DNA of 64,000 bases from Octopus vulgaris (lineage: Eukaryota). Shown piece by piece: positions 26,705 through 38,180 of the stretch. The notes beneath the pieces were generated by a model. It saw only the letters and a program-made list of their open reading frames with translations. It had not been told where the DNA came from and made no database searches. Positions within the stretch are counted from its first letter, which is position 1. Each line of letters starts with the position of its first letter. The position numbers and the translations under genes were made by a program. The stretch lies in assembly GCA_951406725.2 (NCBI GenBank), contig OX597815.1:30380001-30444000 (forward strand). Direction: 5' to 3'.

Positions 26705-27863
26705 CAATGGGTAGCGGCCCAGCCAGGCTCTTAAATGTAAAAATTTTGCCGACGGCTAGTTTGGTTGGGTCAAAAGCAATTTCGACCTTATGGACCCAAT
26801 CAGCCGATGATCTGGTTCTGCCAGATTTTTTAACTTAGGCCGGTACCAGGTACCCGGTAATAGTTGAAGGACGCCCCCCACCACCCAAGTGTCACCTGTA
26901 CCTGGAATCAGGCCACATAAAGAGATACTGCTCAAGGAACCAAGCAAAAGCTCTGGGGCGGTTAATAGACGATGACAATAATCCCTCTGTTCCCCCAACA
27001 GAGCCTCCTGATTATCTGTTGGAGAAAGAGAGGAAGGAGGTCGAGGAGGAGGCAGCTTCCTCGATAGCAAGAGGAACGAAGAAGGAGGGCAACAATGGTT
27101 GTCCACTGATGGATCCCGAGGCGGCAAGAGGGAAGGAGGGAACTACGGACAAGCCAGAGGAATCTCACCCTCCCGCCTCGAAGAGAGGAAAAAAAGAAAA
27201 ATGGGACATCGCCGACTGCGGCATGCTCCGAAAACCCTTTGGTGGAATATGTGCCACCAGAGGGAGTAAAATTGAAACCTCGTCTGTGGGATGTGTGCCA
27301 CAGAGCGAGACAGTTGAGGCCCCTCCCAATGAAAGTGGTGAAGAATATATGCTCTTCTACCTCTGGGGAGGGGCAATTGACAAGTTCATAGAAACGGAGT
27401 TGGATAGGCGGATTCTGATGGACCCGGCTTTTATTGACAGTCCAGAGTGGCCTCTTCAGGTAGCTGCTCTGGTACTAGAAAAAAAACGTACTGCAATTTT
27501 ATTATTATCTCATGAGAAATATAGAATGCATTTTTGGGACTCCGGATTGCAGTTGCAGGAAAACCTACAGATCGCAAGAGAACTGCTCGGGAAAGGGTTG
27601 TAGAGGTTAGTTGCTTCAAATTGTATATTGTATTTGTATGGACTTTTTAAGTCCAAATATTGTATTTTATAAATTGTAAGAGTGTTAAGACCTCAGTTTA
27701 TGTGTTTTGTAAGGAACAATGTTTTAGAGAAGCAGAGGGTCGGCGGGCGCTTTCTGTCTTCTCTCATCTTTATCATCTTGTATTATTATCATTCGCCTCA
27801 TTAATGTCTTGTTCAACCCGCAGCTACTCTGTATACTGCTTTTATGGCAAATAAAATTAAATA
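26705..27863 (+). mobile_element. ORF1-only non-LTR retro-insertion (HAL1-like) with 12-bp TSD
   Basis: TSD aagtagcttgct (26693-26704) / aagtaggttgct (27864-27875); one long frame, ~260-nt 3' UTR, A-rich end aaataaaattaaataa. Confidence 0.8.
26707..27603 (+). pseudogene. Gag/ORF1-like zinc-knuckle frame (298 codons, one internal TAG at 26836)
   Basis: Same frame as track ORF 27019..27603, extended upstream: LPDFLT*AGTRYPVIVEGRPPPPKCHLYLESGHIKRYC, i.e. CX2(C>Y)X4HX4C at 26890-26931, then a charged low-complexity linker and a hydrophobic C-terminal domain. Confidence 0.75.
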
Positions 27864-28006
27864 AAGTAGGTTGCTTACCAACCACAAGTTTCCAGGTTCA
27901 TTCCTACTGCGTGGTACCTTGGGCAAGTGTCTTCTACTATAGCCTCAGACTGTCAAAAGCCTTGTGAATAGATATGGTAGACGGAAACTGAAAGAAGCCC
28001 GTCGTA

Positions 28007-28061
<55 letters not shown>

Positions 28062-28291
28062 GTGTGTGTATGTTTGTGTGTCTTTGTTTGTCCCCCACAA
28101 GCCTATGGTAGTGTGTTTACGTCCCCGTAACTTAGCGGTTCGGCAAAGAGAACGATAGAATAAGTGCAAGGCTTGCAAAGAATAAGTCCCGGGGTTGATT
28201 TGCTCGACTAAAAGCGGTGCTCCAACATCGCCGCAGTCAAATGACTGAAACAAGTAAAGGAGTAAAAGAGTAAAAGAGAGTAGAGCCTTTT

Positions 28292-29490
28292 ATGAATTAA
28301 TTTTGGGAATATGTGTGATAATGTGAAGACGGATTATGATGCAGTAATTTTTTTGAAGTCAAAGGAGTGATGCCGGTGAAGATGTAAAGAATGTCAAAAC
28401 AAGCCATAAACATACAAGTAGTTCATGGCAACGTCTATTGATGCTACTGAAAATACATAAATTTCCTCTGTGAGAAAGATAACATGGTTTGAAGATGGTG
28501 GCATTCTTTTCCTTTAAAATATGGTTTTGTTTCTATATTTCTGGGTCGAGATACGACCATTATTCAATTCTGTGTGGCAGAATTGAAAATTAAGGCGGTG
28601 AGCTGGCAGAAACGTTAGCACGCCGGGCGAAATGCTTAGCGGTATTTCGTCTGCCGTTATGTTTTGAGTTCAAATTTCGCCGAGGTCGACTTTGCTTTTC
28701 ATACTTTCGAGGTCGATAAATTAAATACCAGTTGAGTACTGGGATCGATGTGATTGACTTACCCCTTCCCTCAAAATGTCAGGCCTTCTGCCTATAGCAG
28801 AAAAGGTTACGTTCTGAGTTCAAATTCCGCCGAGGTCGACTTTGCCTTTCATCCTTTCGGGGTCGATAAATTAAGTACCAGTTACGCACTGGGGTCGATG
28901 TAATCGACTTAATTCCTTTGTCTTTCCTTGTTTGTTCCCTCTATGTTTAGCCCCTTGTGGGCAATAAAGAAATAAGAATTGAAACAGAAATATAGTTATC
29001 GATTAAAGCAACAGCGTCTGCGAGGTATATGCAAACTTTTAAAGACGGGTGGTCACGAAACAGTTTTCAAAACTGACGAAGCATTGTTCTAGAGAAGAAA
29101 ATTCAACCGGGGATGATAACAACATGAAATTGTTAGGGTTTCGATGCTCTGTCTCAAAACATAAGAAGTATTCCTATAAACTGTACCTTGTCACAATCGT
29201 AAAACCCATTTGACAGTCAGTTATCCCGGGAACAACTATATACAGCGACGAGTATACTCACACACATCAGAGATACTGGGCTACAAATTTCTTCATAGAA
29301 CGGTGAACCACAACCTTGAGATTGTCTATGCACAAGAAAGGAAGGCCCACACACAACAAATGGGAAACGAAGGGCCCAGTCTCGAGCGGGGAAATAAACA
29401 GCGTCGTGGCACTAATCATTCTACCATCTCTGCGACTTCATGCAGCGACAAAGGTAATGAAGAGTGCAACGGTTTTGAAAAAAATGCGTG
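28292..29490 (+). pseudogene. Merlin transposase remnant (interrupted by a SINE A dimer)
   Basis: TWFED, MVLFLYFW, IQFCVAELK, IVID*SN, GGHETVFKTDEALF*RRKFNRG, VIPGTTIYSDE, LGYKFLHRTVNHN, AHTQQ match Merlin motifs GG...VEIDES.F.RRK..RG, PGT.I.SD, H.TVNH, HTQ.IE. Confidence 0.8.
28589..28974 (+). mobile_element. SINE A heterodimer (variant-tail unit plus standard-tail unit) with one TSD
   Basis: TSD agaattgaaa at 28579-28588 and 28975-28984. Confidence 0.9.
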
Positions 29491-29525
29491 TATTAGCGTG
29501 CATAATACATATTCATTGTTGTTGA

Positions 29526-29548
29526 CTTTCTTTCTTTCTTTCTTAGTT

Positions 29549-29602
<54 letters not shown>

Positions 29603-29655
29603 TTTCTTTCTTTCTTTCTTTCTTTCTTCCTTCCTTTCTTTCTTTCTTTCTTTCT
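29526..29655. repeat. (TTTC)n microsatellite
   Basis: Directly visible. Confidence 0.97.
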
Positions 29656-30256
29656 AGAGATTTTCATTGCATTTTCTTTCTCCCTTCCATATTTAAAGGT
29701 TGTATAACATTTTCATAGTAATTCATTAACTTTTTTTCATATTCGTAACATTCATAATTTTCTTTCATTAAATTCCTTTTAAGCAAAAAAATTATTTCAA
29801 GGCTTCATAATGTTTTCATTTTCTTATCGTTAACACATGGAAATTACAATTTCCGGTATGTCGATGATGGACGCTCTCGATTGGTTAGAATTTTCACACG
29901 TTCAAAGGTTTATAACTTTGTTGTTAGCAATTTCTACAAAAAAAAAAGGAATATGATTTTCGTCATTTGCATGCTAAACTACATCAGAGAAGAAGATTTG
30001 AACAAATTCTGACATTGGGAAGGAAATCGCGAGCATCCAGGCTTTTTGTATACGGAAATACACAAACTTACACTCGTTTGCATATCTATCAATAATTTTC
30101 TTTAAATCTACTTCCTATTACGTTAACCTCTTAAAACATGACATGGAGTATATAATGAAATTCATAACTGATTTGATTCAATCTAATATATAATGCATAA
30201 TTTTATTATTTCTGAGTAATAATATGTCAATATCAAAACTTGGCATATAAACTTTT

Positions 30257-30313
30257 ATAATAATAATAATAATGATGATGATGATGATCATGATCCCGAT
30301 GATGATGATGGTG

Positions 30314-30368
<55 letters not shown>

Positions 30369-30396
30369 TAATAATAATAATAATATAATTATTATA

Positions 30397-30480
<84 letters not shown>

Positions 30481-30723
30481 GAGTCAGCGAGCTGGCAGAA
30501 TCTAACAGCATTTCGTACGTCTTTACGTTCTGAGTTCAAATTCCACCGTGGTCGACTTTGCATTTCCTCCTTTCGGGGTCGATATAAGTACCAATTAGGT
30601 ACTGAAGTCGATATGTGATCGACTAGTCCTCTTTCCCTGAGTTTCAGGCCTTCTACCTATAGTAGAAAGGATTATTATTATTATTAATAATGATATTATC
30701 ATTATTATTATTATTAATAATGA

Positions 30724-30793
<70 letters not shown>

Positions 30794-30815
30794 GTTGTTG
30801 TTTTTGTTGTTGTTT
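30257..30815. repeat. (AAT)n/(ATT)n arrays with an embedded SINE A variant (30483-30670, +)
   Basis: Directly visible; SINE tail tcaggccttctacctatagtagaaagg runs into (ATT)n. Confidence 0.9.
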
Positions 30816-30970
30816 AGGTGATAACAATAGCAGCAATGACAACAACAACAACACGAAAACTACAGCGTGCGTATAAGTATTTTTGCGTGTAAACCCCCAA
30901 ACAACAATAAATTGGATTTTGTTAATATTTTCTTCAGCAGAAAATCGCTTGATAAGAAACATTTGCCCAT

Positions 30971-31209
30971 TTAAGGCGGCGAGCTGGCAGAGACGTTAGC
31001 ACTCCGGACGAAATGCTTAGCGGTATTTCGCCTGCCGCTACGTTCTGAGTTCAAATTTCGCCGAGGTCGACTTTGCCTTTCATCCTTTCGGGGTCGATTA
31101 AATAAGTTCCAGTTACGTACTCGGGTCGATATAATCGACTTAATCCGTTTGTCTGTCCTTGTCTGTACCCTCTCTGTGTAACCCCCTGTGGGTAGTAAAG
31201 AAATAAGAA
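30971..31209 (+). mobile_element. SINE family A, full length
   Basis: taaggcggcgagctggcaga...ggtagtaaagaaataagaa; flanks aagaaacatt at both ends. Confidence 0.92.
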
Positions 31210-31692
31210 ACATTGACCCAAAAGATTAAAAACAAAATAGATCATAACATTACGTGCAACCAACTGAGGCCAGCATTCATAAAGTAATTACAGAGACCCG
31301 TGAACATAGAAAAATGTATCTCTGTCTTTCGAATAGCGCAACAGGACTTTCGATCTCATTGAAACTCGAATTGGACACAACACTAACAACCATTATAACT
31401 AAAATAGCTTTCACTGGAAGAAGGAGTCATGTGGCACCGTATAAGTAATTTTAAGGATTAGGTTAAAACTGAAGCCTAAATAGTACCTGAGACTTCAGCA
31501 CATAATCTGGTTTGACAGCATTTGGGTATGGGAAGCGCAAGTGAGCTTTTGTTTCAGAGTCAAAGGTACGGGATGATTATCTATGCAAATATAACATTTG
31601 GAAACATATGGTCGGTTCTGACAACCATGGAAATATAAGTACACATGACTATGCAAGGCCTCAGAAACAATAACTGAACGTTCGCCATATAT

Positions 31693-32100
31693 AGGCGCAG
31701 GTGTGGTTGTGTGGTAAGAAGCTTACTTCCCAAACACATGGTCCTAGGTTCATTCCCACTGCGTGGCACCTTGGGCAAGTGTCTTCTATTATAGCCTGGG
31801 GTCGACCAAAGCCTTGTGGGTGCATTTGGTAGACGGAAACTGAAAAAAGACCATCGTATATATATGTATATGTGCCTGTGTGCGCTTTTGTGTCTGTGCT
31901 TATCCCCTAACCATCGCTTGACAGCCAGTATTAGTGTGTTTACGTCCCCGTAACTTGACGCTTCAGCAAAAGCGACCGATAGAATAAGTACCAGGCTTAC
32001 AAAGAATAAGTTCTGTGTTCAATTTGTTCGACTAAAGCTCTTTAGGGCAGTGCTGCAGCATGGCCATAGTCTAATGATTGGACTGAAACAAGTAACAGAG
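31693..32100 (+). mobile_element. SINE family B, full length
   Basis: aggcgcaggtgtggttgtgtggtaagaagc...ccttgggcaagt...gactgaaacaagtaacagag. Confidence 0.9.
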
Positions 32101-33195
32101 TATATATGAATTGAAAATGCTGGACAATTCTCTGATTTAATAAATATAAACTAAGCTACCTTTACACTTTGTAGAAATTTGAGGGGACATAATGCTAATT
32201 AAAAGAGACAGGCAAGATAGCAAGCAAATAGATTCCAATTGGACATCTACCCAATTGCACAGAAGGAGGCAGAAATTGTTTGGTAAAGTCGATAGTATCT
32301 AGTGTTAAAGTCAAAACTATTATCAGCAATCAACCAAAGTATGTTTTGGAGCAACTGCACACTCTTTAGGGGGAAAAAAGGTATAAGCATAAATATTCAT
32401 TTGTTAGCGAGGTTAAAATTACTACGACTTTGTGAAGAAAAAATCTTTTTGTTCTTAACTGAAACAAGTTTGCACGAATACTAAATTATTTAAATGGTTC
32501 AGGATAAAGAAACTATCTTATAGAAATAGTAGCTTCAGGTAAAAAAAAAATGTGGTGTGACCTTTATTTGAACGAGGAAATTGAAATTTTGTTCCAAAAT
32601 AGAAATTGCTTAAACAAAAAGGAATTGTTATCTCATCGTATTCATGAATCCTTCTTGGCTTTTGATCGGAAAAAAGTAAAAAGATACAAAGAAAAAAAAT
32701 CTTTCATTTCAAAGTGGCAGTTTTGTTCGGATAAATGTTTTAAAAATATTGTTTAAACAACAACGGAATCTCCTAAGAGAAGAATCGTTTTATAGCGATT
32801 TTCCCTTTATGAGGTCGGATTCAACATGTAAAGATTATTAAAAGTTGGGAAGATGTTTAGATATATTTTATTGCTATGAGAACCAGGAAGAATATGGGAA
32901 ACGTGACCTCGAAACGGCTATTTTTCTAACATAACGGCTGCATTATAATTAAGAACATAAATATAAGCTTATAATGTATTTTCATATACATTGTATGTGC
33001 ATTGTACGAAGATATAGTCAAACATCCGACAAAGTGGCAACAAGTTAATCGAAAGAGCGGTGAGGGAAAGCTCGGAGTATGAGCATGTTTTTTATCTATT
33101 AGGTTAACATTAATTGAAGTATACTCTTCCTTTACATGCCAAGTTTTGGAAGTCATTGCTTCATGGTAAATCAGTATACATACACATAAGCACGC

Positions 33196-33243
<48 letters not shown>

Positions 33244-33299
33244 CTGTGTGTGTCTGTGTGTTTGTGTGTGTGTGTATGTGTAAATGTAAAAATGATAAT

Positions 33300-33980
33300 T
33301 ACATTTAATACAAAGAATGTACATATGTATACATATAAAAGAAATCTCATTTACACAGAATGGAAATGATATTAGGAATTAGTGGGGCTGATTAGGAGTT
33401 TTACGATTCCAACAGCTGTTTCTGGAGGGCTTGGTGGTCCAAAATAATTCTTATAACTCGATTCCACCATCGGATACCAGCAGCCTCCGTCTTCAGGGAA
33501 GAATTTTACATTTGAGGTGTTGACAGAAAGGAGATTAAAGATGGAATGATTTTTATGGGGAACTAAGTATATTAAAAGGTGGAGTTGGGGTGTTTAGATA
33601 GAGAGTAAATAGATTTTGGGGTTAGTGTTAACACTAACACTAACATTATTAACACTAACCCCCAAATCTATTTTCTCCCATCTCTACTTTCTATCTAAAT
33701 ACCACCAACTCCTCTTTCTATTACACTTAGTTCTCCATAAAATCATTCCATCTTTAATCTATATTCTGTCGATTTCTCAAATATAAAATTCTTCCCTGAA
33801 GACAGAGGCTGGTGGAATCACCTTACAAGGATTATTTTGGACCATGAAGTTCACAGAAACAGCTGATGGACTCGTAAAACTCCTACTCATCCTTCACCTA
33901 ATTCCTTATATCATTTCCATTCTGTGTAAGTCAGACTTCTTTTACATGTATACACATGTACATTCTTAGTATTAAATGTA
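33300..33980. repeat. ~680-bp inverted repeat (two diverged ~330-bp arms), Penelope pLTR-like
   Basis: 33300-33632 is the reverse complement of about 33649-33980 (e.g. gattaaagatggaatgattt / aaatcattccatctttaatc); short aacact-repeat spacer. Confidence 0.9.
33407..33500 (-). ncRNA. Minimal hammerhead ribozyme motif in the left arm
   Basis: Minus strand TTCC-CTGAAGA-cGGAGGCT...AGCCcTCCa-GAAAC-AGCT-GTT^GGAA. The right-arm counterpart at 33792-33871 has GAT at the cleavage triplet. Confidence 0.65.
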
Positions 33981-34121
33981 TTTAACAGTTTTTGTATATC
34001 GACTTAACTAACTTGCTTACCCTTACATTTTACACCTCTACCTGCTCGAGTTAAAATCCCTTGAACACTACGAAGTGTATTCTACACAGAAAATACTTGT
34101 CTCTAATCTCTCTCTTTCTCC

Positions 34122-34192
<71 letters not shown>

Positions 34193-34219
34193 CATATACA
34201 TAAATCATACATGCAGATA

Positions 34220-34650
34220 TTTTTGTTGTTTTTGTTGGTATCCTTTTGTCTCGAGAGACAATGGAGTTGCGCGCATAAACTAGTCCAATCTGGTTTTTAC
34301 ATTTCTTGTCCTCTCCAGTTTTGCGCAGGCCTGGGTTTGTTTTAAGAAAATCCTGGGTAGCCCAATCGTCAGGATTCCTCTCTCGACCTTGCTGATGTAG
34401 TCCAAAGCAGTGCAGTGCATTACGTTTGGCACCAGCTTGGCTGCAGGAACTGCCGGAAGAGTGTCGAACACTAAACCGCCTACGGGGCTCCACTCCGGAT
34501 TTCTTTGAAGGTTGTCTCCTTTCCGTAACCCTGGATAGGGGCCCATACCGGGTACTGTCAGCCGGAGCCAGCTGAGCCCGGGTCTCGTGGTAGGCAGGGT
34601 CGTCACTCCCTGAAGTAGTGAAGAAAATCGCTACCCACTACCTTGTCTGA
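34220..34650 (-). mobile_element. RTE-derived non-autonomous element (5'UTR-like body joined to an RTE 3' tail)
   Basis: GC-rich body with ttccggcagttcctgcagccaagctggtgccaaac; minus-strand end ccattgtctctcgagacaaaaggataccaac plus CAA-rich tail, resembling RTE 3' termini; no RT coding. Confidence 0.6.
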
Positions 34651-35157
34651 ATATATGCATACACACACACACGAGCACACCCACACGTACGCACGCATAC
34701 ACAGACACACACACACACACACACACTCACACACACACACACACACGCACTTCAACGGAAACATACGACAACATACAAACTTGAATTATATATTACACGC
34801 AAGTAGTAGATGATTAAATTGTCAGTCACAAATTTATATCAGCATTAAACTAATACGAAACGAAACAATTCAATGCTAGCGTCACCAATATTCATATATA
34901 TATTCCGATAAAAATAAAAACAATTTATTAAAGAATATATATTTTTATGTTTGTGATTATATATTTTTCTATATGCTTCTCTAATATTTTAGGGATTGCA
35001 TTTTTGTTTTCAAACATAACATTGTAATTATCTCTGTTTCCACATCATTATATTTGGATAATTATTCCATTGCTTTTGGAAATATGTTACCGTCTGTTGG
35101 GAGATACTTCGATCAGCAGCCATTTACTGTATTGGTTTTGTTGACAATATCCAAACG

Positions 35158-35202
<45 letters not shown>

Positions 35203-35422
35203 ATTATTATTATTATTATTATTATTATTATTGGTTGTAGTTGGCATCCTTTTTGTCTCGGGAGACAATGGAGTTGCGCATAAAGTACTTTATGCGCAAC
35301 CTTATTATTATTATTATTATTATTATTATCATCCTCCTCCTCCTCCTCCTCCTCCTCCTCATCATCATCATCATCACCATAGTCGTCGTCGTCGTTGTTG
35401 TTGCTGCTGCTGTTGTTGCGGT

Positions 35423-35458
<36 letters not shown>
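35158..35458. repeat. Trinucleotide mosaic (ATT/CCT/CAT/CGT/GCT/GTT) with an embedded RTE-tail fragment (35232-35300)
   Basis: Directly visible; the fragment matches 34234-34280. Confidence 0.9.
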
Positions 35459-35874
35459 CTAGAATAGTGCAAATAGTAGTTTCCTTTAAGCGCAGTATAA
35501 ATTTGCTTTGCAGTATCTAAATCGGAAAATCTTGTTAATGATATAAACAAGAACCGCATCCTTGAGTTTAGCCTTCTAATAAACCCTTTCCTGAAAATAT
35601 TTCACCTTTTCTCAGATGATAACTTGATACAAAACTCTGATGATACCCGCAATGTAATTATTCTCTTACTTTTATAACCGTGTGACAAGACACTTACATA
35701 AATCCTAGACCCATATCCAAAAGAAAGTATCCAACTCATTGACATATAATGTCACCCCAACTGACTACATCCTCCAGCCCATACGTTAATACGTCGTCAC
35801 TTTGGCTATTATATCGCTTGTACCACGGCGTCTGCTCATGGGAATTAGCTTGCCCCCACTCCCATACAGAGAAG

Positions 35875-35945
<71 letters not shown>

Positions 35946-38108
35946 AAAGCTGATTCTATACATGTCTCACTTCTCTTCAGATTTTCCATTTTGTGTCCCT
36001 TCTTCAAAGTTCTGTACTAGCTACTTCTGTCAATTTATATTCCCTAGAAGTTAAACCGCGAGAATCTCTTCTTGTTCTCATTTTCCTTGAAAACGTCACC
36101 TAACATATGTTTTAAAATGAGCAGTAACAGGCTCATCGTTTTCCTAAGCCTGTGAAAGACCCAGAAACTGTCACTTTCCCTACATTAATCAGTAAAGATT
36201 CTGCATGATTGACTTTAGTTTTCTCGCTGGAATCTATATCACAAATGTCACCCAACTACCAAGTTCGATTTAATTGATTTTGCCTCTTCTTTAAAATACT
36301 TGATTCGTACCTAGGTAAGAAATCAATATTTCCGTCCAGGTTGAAGTTGCTTTTCGTCCTTCTGGTGTCGAAAATTCATTATATAATTATATCCTCCTAT
36401 AAGTGTTTGACTACCTTTATCTATGCGAGAAATATTCGCATCTATTATTGTCATTTTTGTTTATTTATTCAATAAAGATGGTATCTACAGGAGATAGAAA
36501 ATGTACCGTCACAGACTAAAAATCTCTGAGGTGTGTAGATATTTAAACTTACGGGTTCTGATATGTATTTTACAATGAGAAGTTAATGAGCTATTACTAA
36601 GCGCTTTCTTTTACGAGCAAGTTTGGTGTGAGTTACCGTGAAAATTTTAAGTATGAAGGTACAACTGGAATATACACGTAAAAAAAGAAGGTAACATCAT
36701 GACTACAATAAACGAAATGGATACTGAAACTTTTTAAATGAAGCATATTCTGATATACAAAATTTTAAATAAATATAAGAATAAAAACTTCTGATCTCTT
36801 ACAATGATACGAAAATTTACGTTTATATTTTTTGACAACGTCGAGTAACTCAGAAGGAAAATATGTAATATTTGGACGAGAACACTTTAATATAAGTTTT
36901 AGGCAGATTTTTTTCTAGAAGAACATTTTTCTCAACAATGCAAATATAGAGTTCCCTCTTGTTGTCTTATCGTATAAATGAGCCCACAATTACCCCCTTT
37001 TGGCTCATCGTTTTAGAAATTGACGATGTAAGTTCAATGTGGTTGTTGTATTTACAAGGAGCAACGAAGTCTCCCTTGAAATAAAAGAAAGTGTGCATTA
37101 CGTATTCTAGTGTGGCATAGCTGTCTGTTAAAAAGAAGGGATGGTCACGGCTGGGATGCCTTTGATTACACATTTACTGGATCAGAGCTGACATGAGGCT
37201 AAGCAAGAACGGTGAGTTGTGCGCATTCATTGTTAAGGCCCATACACAAGCTTTACTATTGAGACAGCGACATTCCAATCAACACAGTGGCACGTTAACG
37301 TCAAGGTCTTAGAACTTGGCTCAAAGACGTTCCAAACGTGACCAATCTATCTTTCATTCAGACGTAGTTTATCTCGATCTACAACATCCAATAAGTACAA
37401 TATACATATTTTTCAAAATGGATGTAAATTGTAGGATATTTGGCTGTTATTTCAAGTAGCTCCTCTGAATGTCTGATGGTTCGCTCTTTAGTTTATCTTT
37501 TCTAACTACACTAGCTACATGACTGGCATGAAACAGTTTGAATCACATATCGAAACCAATTTATTGCCTCGGCCCATCCAGAACTTTGTACATTGGTACT
37601 TGTTGCATTTTTAACAATTTCCCAAAACCGAACCATTAATTACCTTATGAAAGCTTATTCCTCGCCACTCTGAAAATTTCTTGCCAGAATTATAGGATTT
37701 GTGACTGCACTGGTTATTGCTAAAGAGAAAGTTATTGCTTAGTCAGTGATTCGTGTAATTATACTCATATCACTACGCTAAACAGCCACACACACTGGTT
37801 TCACAGCACTGAATATTCTCATATTCTTTACGTCTCCATTTTCTGTTCTATCAGCCCTACTGCCTGCCTGTCCGCTTGCATGCCCGTCTGTCTGTCTGTC
37901 TATTTATCTGTTTATCTGTCTGCCTGTCTGCTTGCCTGCGGGCCTGTCTGTGTGTGTGTGTCTATTTATCGGATTATTTCTTTGTTTGCTGAATATATTC
38001 GTGTTTGTCTTTCTACCTTTCTCTTGCTTTCCCTCTGTATCGATTTTTGATATATATTTCTCGCTCTACAGTTTTTCGCTATACAATTATTTTGTAAGAT
38101 AGGAATAA

Positions 38109-38139
<31 letters not shown>

Positions 38140-38149
38140 CATACATACA

Positions 38150-38178
<29 letters not shown>

Positions 38179-38180
<2 letters not shown>

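Larger units (their letters stand above)
26678..28277 (+). mobile_element. SINE family B (CORE-like), split by a 1.16-kb insertion
   Basis: Head gagtggctgtgtggtaagtagcttgct (26678-26704) resumes at 27864 with taccaaccac...ccttgggcaagt...(TA)n...(GAGTAAAA)n tail; flanking repeat gagtag at 26672-26677 and 28278-28283. Confidence 0.9.
26333..30038 (+). mobile_element. Decayed Merlin (IS1016/ISXO2-like) DNA transposon with long TIRs, hosting nested insertions
   Basis: Diverged inverted repeats 26333-26492 and 29850-30038, both starting GGATG and ending cataccggaa, enclosing transposase remnants. TSD not recognisable. Confidence 0.72.

Noticed and set aside
29210-29707. 165-aa ORF as an intact gene
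   Set aside because: A frameshifted Merlin transposase piece running into (TTTC)n.
34068-34606. 141-aa and 108-aa minus-strand ORFs
   Set aside because: Chance frames in a GC-rich RTE-derived non-coding element; one ends in microsatellite translation.
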